A stretch of 64,000 bases of DNA from the NCBI GenBank assembly GCA_963744995.1, contig CAVUWA010000010.1, positions 672,001-736,000 on the forward strand, in the 5' to 3' direction. The notes under the pieces were generated by a model that made no database searches, was not told the DNA's origin, and saw only the letters and a list, made by a program, of their open reading frames with translations. This DNA is from Candidatus Eiseniibacteriota bacterium (GTDB taxonomy: Bacteria; Eisenbacteria; RBG-16-71-46). Of the stretch, positions 12,451 to 21,272 are shown piece by piece. The translations under genes were made by a program, and so were the position numbers. Numbering within the stretch: position 1 is the first letter of the stretch; each line of letters starts with the position of its first letter.

Positions 12451-12927
12451 ATGTTGACGCTCATGACACAGGGTAGCGCCTTGGTGCGCATACGAGGGTG
12501 GATTACGGCCACCTGGGTCGCAACCGCCTTATTTGTTGGTGTGGCCTGCGTCGGAATCTTGGTTCTGGGTGGGGGCAGTGCCTCGACAGCGGTTTTCGTA
12601 GCGTCTGCACTCCTTGTCACTCCTCTCGTCTGGGGATCCGTTCACCGTGGTGGCAGGCCCACGTATTTCACCGGTGCGTTTGCCGGGGCGCTCATTGGCC
12701 CGCTGACCGTCGCACTACCCTTGGCGTTCTCATTACTGTTGTCGAGTCTTGGTGATGCTGGCGGCCAAACTCCGCACGATTGGCGAGGCAGTTGGGGTCT
12801 TGCAATGTTCTCTATGCTCAGCCTCGCGGGCGTCGCGTTCGCCGTTCCGTTTGGGGCCACTTGGGGCCTGCTGATTGCTGCGATCGAGAAGAGGCGTTCT
12901 GCTCGATCCGTGCATGGACCGGATTGA
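12451..12927 (+). CDS. Hypothetical membrane protein (about 4 TM)
   Basis: Hydrophobic ORF in the lower-GC island; start uncertain (12424, 12451 or 12463). Confidence 0.55.
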   Translation: MLTLMTQGSALVRIRGWITATWVATALFVGVACVGILVLGGGSASTAVFVASALLVTPLVWGSVHRGGRPTYFTGAFAGALIGPLTVALPLAFSLLLSSLGDAGGQTPHDWRGSWGLAMFSMLSLAGVAFAVPFGATWGLLIAAIEKRRSARSVHGPD

Positions 12928-12956
12928 TGGGCAAGCCTTGGAGCGACGGGCGGCGA

Positions 12957-13040
12957 CACTGATGTCTTTCGCGGTCAGCCGCTGCGCGCGGGCGTCTGGT
13001 GTTGCCATGCACCCGGGGGACTGCAAGCCCACGCGCAGTG
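12957..13040 (-). mobile_element. Highly degenerate attC-like site
   Basis: Minus strand CACTGCG...GCTTGCAGTCC...GCGGCTGACCGCGAAAGACATCAGTG; L boxes recognisable, outer CACTG/CAGTG pair. Confidence 0.4.
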
Positions 13041-13055
13041 ACGCGCTCCTCGCAG

Positions 13056-13247
13056 GGCAAGCGCGTATCGGAACTCCTACGTCCTGACGTATTGCGCCGA
13101 CTGGTAGAAGAACACCCAGCCCCAGTCTCTCTCCACCGTGTGCTCGTCGAGGATCACCAGCTCGCCTGAGTCGCCCTGCTCCACAAAGGGGGACGCCTTC
13201 CGAAGTTCGGCTTCGACCAGGATGCGCGCTTCTCTTTTCCTCAGCAC
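13056..13247 (-). pseudogene. YrhB/Imm35-like immunity protein remnant
   Basis: ELVILDEHTVERDWGWVFFYQSAQYVRT*EFRYALA; internal TAG at 13077-13079, and similarity is lost after ALA. Confidence 0.65.
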
Positions 13248-13258
13248 CCTTCTTCTCC

Positions 13259-13318
13259 GACTGACGTCCTGCCGATCGACGGCGGCCGAAGGCCGTCCGC
13301 CGCACCATCCTGCTGGGC
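13259..13318 (-). mobile_element. Degenerate attC-like site (60 bp)
   Basis: Minus strand GCCCAGC aggatGGTGCGGCGGAC GGCCTTCGGCC GCCGTCGATCG gcaggac GTCAGTC, followed directly by an RBS and GTG. Confidence 0.55.
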
Positions 13319-13352
13319 GACTTTCTTCCACAACGTCCCGCAGCGGTGCACT

Positions 13353-13726
13353 TCAGTTTGCCGTCACGAGGCGGTGGATGTCGCGCAAGCGCTGTGACGT
13401 GAGCCCGCACTCGCAAGCCTCGGTGACGAGTGTTGCCTCATCGCCGTTGGCGAGCCGCAAGACCTGTGTGCCGCCGTGAACCACGGTGCTTCCGTCCTCG
13501 TCCGCTCCGCATAAATGTGTCACGACAATGCGTCCAGACTGTCCGTTTCCCACCAGGGCTCCCGACTGATCGACCACTTCAACGAGAACGTGGCCCTGGG
13601 CCACATGGTAGTCCGTTGGCCTTCTCGTGCAGGAGATGGCGAATACGCCGAACTCGGAAGAACCGTAAAGGTTGGTGACGGACTCGACCCCTTGCTTCCT
13701 GGCGGCTTCGCGTTTGCTGCGCACAT
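13353..13726 (-). pseudogene. C-terminal fragment of a phenylacetate-CoA ligase (PaaK/CapK-like) adenylating enzyme
   Basis: NLYGSSEFG, HVLVEVVD, GRIVVT and LRLANGD...CECG motifs; N-terminal part is missing. Confidence 0.7.
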
Positions 13727-13730
13727 GGCT

Positions 13731-13811
13731 GTCCAACGGTTCGCAACTCACCTGCAAGCGACCGACCGAAGGGAGGGCGGGCGATCGTCAGGTGCAGTTG
13801 CATTGTTTGGC
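13731..13811 (-). mobile_element. attC site (81 bp)
   Basis: Minus strand GCCAAAC-AAT-GCAACTGCACCTG...CAGGTGAGTTGC-GAACC-GTTGGAC: R''/L''/L'/R' layout with one unpaired base, about 26 bp after a stop codon. Confidence 0.8.
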
Positions 13812-13837
13812 AGCGCCTCTCCCGGCGCTCTGCCTCG

Positions 13838-14386
13838 TCAGGGCCGGTTGTTCTCCACATGCAGCCGCTCCAAGCGACCCTCGGTGAGGTCGAAGTGATT
13901 GTTGGGATTCGTGTACACGAAGAAGTCATCGGACACCCAGCGGACCGAATCTTGACGCGACGACGTGAAGCCCAGGATCCAATACCACTCTCCCGGGACG
14001 AGGTAACCGACCTCCTCGCGGACTGCCGGCGCCATGAGATACCCACTATCCGGAAGTGCCCGGAGATAGGCTGTCAGCGCTGCCTGGAATGCCGCGAGGA
14101 ACTCGGCGCGGTCTGCCATGCGGGCACTGAAGAGGTCCGTAATCTTGTCGCGTGCGAGCGCAAGCGCGGGCGCATACCGCCGCGCAGACTCGATGAGCGC
14201 AGCAAGTTCGGGCCCAATCGGGTCATCAGGGTGCCACTCGCGGTGTGCGTCATTGACGGTGTATGCGTACAGACCCCACGTAGACTCACCACCTGGATCT
14301 CCGAGGAGCAGGAACCCGACTCCGTCCGGGAAGTTCGGTGCCCAGCCATCGGGCCCTTTCTGCAATTCCATCGTGCAATAGCGCAT
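13838..14386 (-). CDS. Hypothetical protein, putative gene-cassette ORF
   Basis: ATG 14386 follows GTTGGGC (14406-14400) and the ORF is followed by the attC; protein-like composition. Confidence 0.65.
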   Translation of the reverse strand: MRYCTMELQKGPDGWAPNFPDGVGFLLLGDPGGESTWGLYAYTVNDAHREWHPDDPIGPELAALIESARRYAPALALARDKITDLFSARMADRAEFLAAFQAALTAYLRALPDSGYLMAPAVREEVGYLVPGEWYWILGFTSSRQDSVRWVSDDFFVYTNPNNHFDLTEGRLERLHVENNRP

Positions 14387-14589
14387 CACGTTCGTGTCCG
14401 CCCAACTCCAGTTGGGCAGGTCTGCCGTATCGCTTACGCGGGTCCGCCTAATCGCGACCGCCCGGTCTGTCGTCACGCGACAAACCAAGGGCCGACCAGC
14501 TCTTGAAAGGATCAGCTGCACGCAGCCACGGCGTCAGGCTGAAAGCGAACCCGTGCGATACACCTGCAGCGGGGGACCCGCGCCCGCCC

Positions 14590-15642
14590 CTACCCCCCAC
14601 TCCCCACCCTCAACCCCTCCATGATCTCCTCGAGCGCCTCGCGCGACGGCCGCACCGTCTCCAGCGGCAACGCCGCCAGCGACCCGGCCCCGAGCTTCCA
14701 CTCTTCAGAAAAGGTCCGCTGCCCGGGATTCACGTACAGCAACCCCGTCACGAACTTCTGCTCGCGCCGGCCCTGGCGGATCGTGGCGAGCGCGCGGTCG
14801 GAATCGGTGGGGTCGTAGTCCTCTTCGAGCTTCTTCAAATAGATGAACGAGCCGTCCGGCATCTTCACCTCGCGCGTCGTGCCGGGCTCGTAGTCGACGT
14901 GAATGTCCTCGAAGTAGGGCACGTAGTCGATGTCGTGCACCGGGGAATCGTGTTGCTTGACGGCGGCGTAGCTCTTGGTCGAACCCTCGTGGTCGGCGAA
15001 CGTCACGCACGGGCTGATCACGTCGATCACCGCGGTGCCGGTGTGCGAGAACGCCGCTTTCAGCAGCGGCCTGAGCTGCTTCTGGTCACCGCTGAACGAG
15101 CGCGCCACGAAGCCGCAGCCGAGCTCGATCGCCATCGCGCACAGGTCGATCGGCATCAGCTCGTTGGGCGTGCCGTTCTTCATGGTGCTGCCGATGTCGG
15201 CGGTCGCCGAGAACTGGCCCTTGGTGAGCGCGTACACGCCGTTGTTCTCGACGATGTACACGACGGGCACGTTGCGGCGGATCATGTGGATGAACTGCCC
15301 GATGCCGATGCTCGCGGTGTCGCCGTCGCCGCTGACGCCGATCAGCGTCAGTTCGCGGTTCGCGGCGTGCACGCCGGCGGCGATGCTCGGCATGCGGCCG
15401 TGCACGGCATTGAAGCCGTGCGCGTGGCTCAGGAAGTACGCCGGCGTCTTGCTCGAGCAGCCGATACCCGACAGCTTGGCGACCTTGTGCGCTTCGAGTC
15501 CGTCCTCCCACGCGGCCTGGATGATGCCGGCGGTGATCGCGTTGTGGCCGCAGCCGGGACACAGCGTGGTCGCCGAGCCCTCGTAGTCGCCGCGCACGAG
15601 GCCGAGGCGGTTGACGGGTGGGTTGGATTTGACGGCGCTCAT
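14590..15642 (-). CDS. korB: 2-oxoacid:ferredoxin oxidoreductase beta subunit
   Basis: LCPGCGH, SGIGCSSK and GDGD...NN TPP-binding motif. Confidence 0.92.
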   Translation of the reverse strand: MSAVKSNPPVNRLGLVRGDYEGSATTLCPGCGHNAITAGIIQAAWEDGLEAHKVAKLSGIGCSSKTPAYFLSHAHGFNAVHGRMPSIAAGVHAANRELTLIGVSGDGDTASIGIGQFIHMIRRNVPVVYIVENNGVYALTKGQFSATADIGSTMKNGTPNELMPIDLCAMAIELGCGFVARSFSGDQKQLRPLLKAAFSHTGTAVIDVISPCVTFADHEGSTKSYAAVKQHDSPVHDIDYVPYFEDIHVDYEPGTTREVKMPDGSFIYLKKLEEDYDPTDSDRALATIRQGRREQKFVTGLLYVNPGQRTFSEEWKLGAGSLAALPLETVRPSREALEEIMEGLRVGSGG

Positions 15643-17495
15643 CGGGTCGCTCCTTCCACGGCCTTCTTTTCGTTCCCGCGTTCGGCGGGGGGCGCCATGC
15701 CGGGAGTCGGCGGCAGCCCTTCCATTTCGAGGATCGCGTCGCTCACGGCGCGGGCGTTGATCGGCAGCCCGTCGTAGTTGCACACGGAGCGGATGCGCTC
15801 GCCGAGTCCCGGCAGCTCCATTCGGAGGATCCCGGCCATCTGCCCGTCGCGGTTCTGCTCGACGACGTACACCCGGTCGTAGCGCTCGATGAATGCCCGC
15901 ACGTCCTTCGTGAACGGCAGCGCCTTCAACAGCATGTACCCGGTCGGCAGGCGCTGCTCGCGCATCTGGTCGCGCGACTCCACGATCGCCCAGTGCGTCG
16001 AGCCGTAGGCGATGATGCCGACCTCTGCCGTCCGGTCGTCGTCCACGACCGGAGCGGGCACCAGCGTGCGCGCGGTCTCCCACTTGATCTTCAGCCGGTC
16101 GATGACCTGCATGAACGCCTCGGGGTTCTCGGTGTAGCGCGCCATCTCGTCGTGGCCCGAGCCGCGGGTGAAGTACGCGCCCTTCGGGTGCTCGATGCCG
16201 GGCAGCGTGCGGTACGGAATGCCGTCGCCGTCGACGTCCTTGTAGCGGCCCCAGTTCTCGACCTTCTCGAGCGCTTCCGCGTCGAGCACCTTGCCGCGGT
16301 CCCACGGCTTCGTCGGGTAGTCGAACGGCTCGCTCATCCAGTTGTTCATGCCGATGTCGAGATCCGACAGCACGAACACCGGCGTCTGCAGCCGCTCGGC
16401 GAGGTCGAACGCCAGGATGCCGTAGTCGAAGCAGTCCCTGACGCTCGACGGGAACAGGATCGGGTGGCGCGTGTCGCCGTGCGACAGGGTGTAGACCATC
16501 GACACGTCGCCCTGCGCGGTGCGCGTCGGCAGCCCGGTGCTCGGGCCCACGCGCTGGATGTCCCACACGACGGCGGGGATCTCGGCGTAGTAGCCGAAGC
16601 CGGTGAATTCGCCCATCAGGCTCAGCCCCGGCCCCGAACTCGCGGTCATCGAGCGGGCGCCGGCCCAGTTGGCGCCCAGGACCATGCCGATCGCCGCGAG
16701 TTCGTCCTCGGCCTGGATCACCGCGTACGTGGCCTTGCCGTCCGGGCCGACGCGGTACTTGTCGAGGTAGCCGATCAGCGCCTCGATCAGGCTCGATGAC
16801 GGCGTGATCGGGTACCAGGTGACGACCGTCACGCCGCCGAACATCGCGCCCAGCGCCGCGGCGGTGTTGCCGTCGATCAGGATCTTGCCCTCATTCTCGT
16901 TCATGCGCTCGAGGCGGAACGGATCGGTCTTCTTCAGGTTCGCCTTCGCCCACTCCCAGCCGGCCTGCACGGCCTGCAGGTTGAGCTCGAGCGCCTTGGG
17001 CTTGTGGCCGAGCTGCGCCTGCAGCGCGCGCTCGATCTCGCCTTCCTCGATCCGCAGCAGCTCGGCGAGCACCCCGACGTAGAGCATGTTCACCACCAGG
17101 CGGCGCAGCTTCACGTTGGTGGTGATGCCTTCGATCATCTGCTTCATCGGCACCCTGTAGACGTGGCGGTCGGCGGGGATCTCGGGCACCGTGATCGCGT
17201 CGTTGATCACGATCATGCCGCCGGGGCCGATCTTGGCGACGTCCTCGGCCGCGGTCTCCGGATTCATCACCACCATGATGTCGGTGTACTTGCGGCGCGC
17301 GATGTAGCCCTTCGCGCTGGCGCGGATGGTGAACCACGTGGGCAGCCCGGCGATGTTCGACGGGAACAGGTTCTTGCCGCTCACCGGAATGCCCATCTGG
17401 AAAATGGCGCGCAGCAGCACGGAGTTCGCGGTCTGGCTGCCCGAGCCGTTGACCGTGGCCACCTCGACGCTGAAATCGTTGATGATCGGATTCAC
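15639..17495 (-). CDS. korA: 2-oxoacid:acceptor oxidoreductase alpha subunit
   Basis: YPITPSS, QAEDELAA, SGPGLSLM and QRVGPSTGLPT motifs. Confidence 0.92.
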   Translation of the reverse strand: MNPIINDFSVEVATVNGSGSQTANSVLLRAIFQMGIPVSGKNLFPSNIAGLPTWFTIRASAKGYIARRKYTDIMVVMNPETAAEDVAKIGPGGMIVINDAITVPEIPADRHVYRVPMKQMIEGITTNVKLRRLVVNMLYVGVLAELLRIEEGEIERALQAQLGHKPKALELNLQAVQAGWEWAKANLKKTDPFRLERMNENEGKILIDGNTAAALGAMFGGVTVVTWYPITPSSSLIEALIGYLDKYRVGPDGKATYAVIQAEDELAAIGMVLGANWAGARSMTASSGPGLSLMGEFTGFGYYAEIPAVVWDIQRVGPSTGLPTRTAQGDVSMVYTLSHGDTRHPILFPSSVRDCFDYGILAFDLAERLQTPVFVLSDLDIGMNNWMSEPFDYPTKPWDRGKVLDAEALEKVENWGRYKDVDGDGIPYRTLPGIEHPKGAYFTRGSGHDEMARYTENPEAFMQVIDRLKIKWETARTLVPAPVVDDDRTAEVGIIAYGSTHWAIVESRDQMREQRLPTGYMLLKALPFTKDVRAFIERYDRVYVVEQNRDGQMAGILRMELPGLGERIRSVCNYDGLPINARAVSDAILEMEGLPPTPGMAPPAERGNEKKAVEGATR

Positions 17496-17553
17496 GGATG
17501 TTCCTTATGTGGAGCGCCGGCGGCGGATGCGCGACCCGCGGCGCCGCTGCCGC

Positions 17554-18537
17554 TCAGGTGTACAGATCGCCCATCGTCATCCGACCGGGCTTGCGCACGT
17601 ACATGTAGACGCTGTTCGCCGCCACCGCGCCGTCGCCGGAGGCGGTGATCAGCAGTTTGTACTTCCCTTCATAGGTGACGATGTCGCCGGCGGCGAAAAC
17701 GCCCTTCACCGACGTCTGCATGTGATCGTCAACCTTGATCAGGTTGCCTTCGACCTCGATGCCCCAGCGCTTCACGGCGTCGAGGTTCACCGCCGCGCCG
17801 ATGTTCACGACCAGATAGTCGCACGGCAGGCGCAGCGGCTCGGGATTGCCCTTCTGCGCGGCCACCACGGTTTCGATGCGGCCGTCCCGCGTTTCGATCG
17901 AGCGCACCCGCGTGTTGAAATGACGCGGAATCTTCATCTCGTCCACGAGGTCGATGTTGCCTTCCATGCCGGTGAACCGGTCGAGCACCTGCAGCATCGT
18001 CACGTCCGCGCCCGCTTCGTGCGCGGCCTGCGCGCTCTCGAGCCCGGAATCGCCGCCGCCGACCACGATCACCTTCTTGCCGCGGACCTTCGTCCTGTCG
18101 GGCATCCGGTAGGTGAGCACGTCCTCGGTGAGCCCTTCTTCGCCCGACACGCGCAGCCGCCGCGGCTCGAACGCGCCGCCCCCGATGGCGATGATCACCG
18201 CCTTCGTCGGGTAGCGGTGCTCTTCCTTCGTCAGCACGTGCTGCGCGACGACCTCGAAGCCGCCGTCGTCCTGCTTCACCAGGTCCATGACCTTCTGGTG
18301 GTCCACCATCTCGACGCCGAGCTTGGTCGCGTGCTCGATCAGGTGGTGCGCCAGCTGGCCGGCGATCACGTGATGGTAGCCGGGCCAGTCGTGCACCGGC
18401 TTGTCGCCGTAGAGCGAGATCAGCTGCCCGCCCATGCGTCCGGCGTCCACGACGACGACGTCCATCTTGCGCATGCGGCAGTACATGCCGGCGGTCAGCC
18501 CCGACGGCCCGCCGCCGATGATCACGACTTCGTGCAC
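17554..18537 (-). CDS. TrxR-fold NAD(P)/FAD oxidoreductase, probable ferredoxin-NADP+ reductase (YumC type)
   Basis: GGGPSG, GGQL..LY.DK, GGGDSG and FAAGDIVTYEGK motifs; no CxxC; GGAGG before GTG 18537. Confidence 0.85.
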   Translation of the reverse strand: MHEVVIIGGGPSGLTAGMYCRMRKMDVVVVDAGRMGGQLISLYGDKPVHDWPGYHHVIAGQLAHHLIEHATKLGVEMVDHQKVMDLVKQDDGGFEVVAQHVLTKEEHRYPTKAVIIAIGGGAFEPRRLRVSGEEGLTEDVLTYRMPDRTKVRGKKVIVVGGGDSGLESAQAAHEAGADVTMLQVLDRFTGMEGNIDLVDEMKIPRHFNTRVRSIETRDGRIETVVAAQKGNPEPLRLPCDYLVVNIGAAVNLDAVKRWGIEVEGNLIKVDDHMQTSVKGVFAAGDIVTYEGKYKLLITASGDGAVAANSVYMYVRKPGRMTMGDLYT

Positions 18538-18718
18538 GACCGACCTCCGGTCCGACCGCTGATCCAGCGGGTGAATCACCCACGGTACGGTCGGCGCGAA
18601 GGAGGGTCAAGGCGGCGCGCCGCGTTCGCGTCACGGCTGCCGCGGTGTGCCGGGCAGGCCTGCATGGAGTGCCGCGGCGCGACGGCCGGGTCTCACCCGC
18701 GCCGCCGCGCCTGCGCCG

Positions 18719-19642
18719 TTACTGCCGCCAGAGCAGCGCCAGCCGGCCGGTCGTGCGCTCGGTCTGGTCGCCGTACAGGTTCGAGACGGCCGGGATCTGC
18801 ACCAGCAGGTTGAGGGCGATCGGCCCGAACGCGCCCCAGGTGAGGCTCGGCGCGACGTACAGCAGGCCGCCGCCGGTGTTGGGATCGTCTTCACCCGCTT
18901 CGGTCCGGTCCTTTTCGGCGACGCGCCCGTTGAGTTCGAGCGCCGCCTGCCACGAGGGCGACAGCGTGCGCGCGTAGCCGGCGTTGAACAGCACCACGTT
19001 GCCGTAATGATAGCCGTGCGAACTCTCGCCGTTCACACGGCCCATGACGCTCGCGCTCAGCGACGATTCCAGCAGCGACAGGTCGCTCGCGATACCGAAC
19101 GTGCCCGACCAGGCGCCGGTGCCGGGCTGCAGGTGCGCTTCGAGCCGGTCGCCGGCGCCATCCTTCTTGTTCGTCATGCCGGTCGGCACCGTGACATTCG
19201 CGACCAGCCCGACCAGACCGCGGCGCGTGAACAGGTTGCCGAAACGCAGGGCGTCCCAGCGCGCGAGCACGTCGCCGTCGCCGAGCCCGTTGCTGCGCGT
19301 GACGAACGCTTCTTCGCCCGTAACGTTCTCGGTGTTCTTCTTCCACACCCACGGCAGCCGCGCGCGCAGCGCGACCCGAGTCATCGGCCGGTAGGAGACG
19401 AACCCAGAGAGGCGATGCTCGGTCTGATCCTCGCTGCCGGGATCTTCCGACAGCGCGTTGGCCTTGGACAGGTAGCGATCCTGGATGCCGTACGAGAACT
19501 TGCTCGTCGCGTCGTCGAGCAGGTAGCCCGGCGGCGTGGGGCTGCCGCACAGGCACTGGCTGCAGGCCAGCCCCTCTCCGGCGAACGCGAATGTCGCGAG
19601 CGCCGCGGCGAGCGCGGCGGCGACCATGGGTCTGCAATGCAT
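18719..19642 (-). CDS. Exported beta-barrel 'transporter' protein with N-terminal CxxCxC
   Basis: Signal peptide, ACSQCLCG, GLGD, PTG, LQPGTG, alternating beta-strand pattern, C-terminal W. Confidence 0.75.
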   Translation of the reverse strand: MHCRPMVAAALAAALATFAFAGEGLACSQCLCGSPTPPGYLLDDATSKFSYGIQDRYLSKANALSEDPGSEDQTEHRLSGFVSYRPMTRVALRARLPWVWKKNTENVTGEEAFVTRSNGLGDGDVLARWDALRFGNLFTRRGLVGLVANVTVPTGMTNKKDGAGDRLEAHLQPGTGAWSGTFGIASDLSLLESSLSASVMGRVNGESSHGYHYGNVVLFNAGYARTLSPSWQAALELNGRVAEKDRTEAGEDDPNTGGGLLYVAPSLTWGAFGPIALNLLVQIPAVSNLYGDQTERTTGRLALLWRQ

Positions 19643-19732
19643 GTGGGATACCTCCGGCCCTTCGGGCCGCGAAGACGTGAAGGCCGCAGCCGGGAGCGGT
19701 CGCTCCCGGCGCATTGACGAGGCCGTGCGCGC

Positions 19733-20110
19733 TCAGGCGCGCGGCGGCGGGTCTTCGAGATCGGCGGCGTGCGTGGCGCCGGGCCAGGCGGTGTCGGGGA
19801 TCATGCCTCGCGGCGCGGCGGGCGTGGAAAGCCGCGGGGCGTATGCGAGCGGCGCGATCCGCACCAGGGTCACGGTCGCCGTCGCCACGGGCAGCCGGCC
19901 CGCGCGGTCGCACTCGCGCAGCGAGTGGCTGCAGGTGCACACGTGCGCGGCGCTCCGGGACATCGCGCAGCAGGCATGGCCGGACCCGCTCCGGCAGCAG
20001 GCCATCTCGCGCGCCGGCACCGGCGCCGGGCACGTGGCCGAGAACGGCGCGAAGGCGCTCCCGGCGACGACGAGGAGCATCAGGGTTCGGATGGCGTGAA
20101 CGGGACGCAT
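19733..20110 (-). CDS. Small Cys/His-rich protein with a Pro-rich C-terminus (DUF2946-like)
   Basis: Hydrophobic N-terminus, MACC, HACC, HVCTCSH, ends in DPPPRA; lies directly upstream of the barrel gene. Confidence 0.55.
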   Translation of the reverse strand: MRPVHAIRTLMLLVVAGSAFAPFSATCPAPVPAREMACCRSGSGHACCAMSRSAAHVCTCSHSLRECDRAGRLPVATATVTLVRIAPLAYAPRLSTPAAPRGMIPDTAWPGATHAADLEDPPPRA

Positions 20111-20231
20111 GGGCTGGGCAGGCCTCGAGTGGGTAAGGCTACCAGAGCGGTGGCCGCGAGTTCCTGCTTTCGACGCATTTCCCCGGCCATCGTTGCAACC
20201 TTCCGGCCGCCGGCGTTCACTCATACTCAAC

Positions 20232-20440
20232 ATGAGGGTCCTGCCCCCCCGACCCCGAAGAACGGACCCTGGTCGAACGGTTCCTGCGCGAGCGCAGCGA
20301 CGCCGCCTGCGCCCCGCTCTACACGAGCTGTGCGCCGCGGGTGTACGGGCTCGTCGTCCACCTGCTCGGCCCGGGCTCGCGGCGCCGAGCCGGCCCGCGC
20401 CGCGACCTGCGACGACGCCGTGCGGATCGCCGCCAGCAAC
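20232..20440 (+). pseudogene. ECF sigma factor N-terminal remnant
   Basis: After a frameshift in a C7 run: DPEERTLVERFLRERSDAACAPLYTSCAPRVYGLVVHLLG. Confidence 0.5.
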
Positions 20441-20501
20441 GGTCCCCCCGTACCCCCTCCGTCGCCTTGACCCCCGATCACGGGAGTGCCAGCGTGGAGT
20501 C

Positions 20502-21272
20502 ATGCACGGCGAACTCCGCATCCAGCCTCCGAGCGAGGTCATCGAGGCCACGCGCCACTGGCTCCAGCCGGTGCGCGACGCGCTGGGCAAGGAGTTCCTC
20601 GGCGCCTATCTCACCGGCAGCGTGCTCACCCAGGGCTTCGATCCCAAGCTCTCACACGTGAACGTTCTGGTCGTCGCGCGTCATCTCGACGCCGACACGC
20701 TCGATCGGCTGAACGCGGCGATCCCGCGCCCGAAGAAGAAAGACAAAAAGAAGAGCGCGCTCCAGTTCGAACCGTTGTTCGTGACGCAGACCCAGATCGA
20801 GAAGTCGCTCGACGTCTTCCCGATCGAGTGGCTCGACATCCAGGAGCGCCACCTGCGCCTGGAAGGGGACAACGTGTTCGAGGCGATCGAGGTGCCGCGC
20901 GACCACCTGCGGCGCCAGTGCGAGCACCAGCTGCGCGGCAAGAACATCCAGCTGCGCCAGGCCTACATCCTGTCGAAGCACGAGCCCGCGGTGCTCGAAG
21001 CCGAGCTGGCCGGGGTGGCGAGCACTTTCGCGACCCTGTTCCGCACGCTGATCCGGCTGCAGGGAGAGACGCCGCCCACGCACAATGGGCAGGTCGTCGA
21101 ACGCGTCGCCGACATCTACGGACTCGACGCGCGCGGACTGCTCGGCGCGCACCTGGTGCGCTACTCCGGAGAAGGCGCCTACAACGGCGGCGAACTCGGC
21201 GACATGTACCGGCGCTTCCTCGTCGAGGTAGACCGGCTGGTGATCGCGATCGACCAGCTCACCGTTCGATGA
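20502..21272 (+). CDS. Nucleotidyltransferase-like protein of LemA/TPM loci
   Basis: AYLTGS...SHVNVLVV, SLDVFPIEWLDI and LRRQCEHQLRGK motifs. Confidence 0.8.
   Translation: MHGELRIQPPSEVIEATRHWLQPVRDALGKEFLGAYLTGSVLTQGFDPKLSHVNVLVVARHLDADTLDRLNAAIPRPKKKDKKKSALQFEPLFVTQTQIEKSLDVFPIEWLDIQERHLRLEGDNVFEAIEVPRDHLRRQCEHQLRGKNIQLRQAYILSKHEPAVLEAELAGVASTFATLFRTLIRLQGETPPTHNGQVVERVADIYGLDARGLLGAHLVRYSGEGAYNGGELGDMYRRFLVEVDRLVIAIDQLTVR

Noticed and set aside
13077..13079. Possible pyrrolysine or stop-codon recoding at TAG
   Set aside because: The gene is also truncated, other genes here use TAG as a normal stop, and no pyl genes are present.
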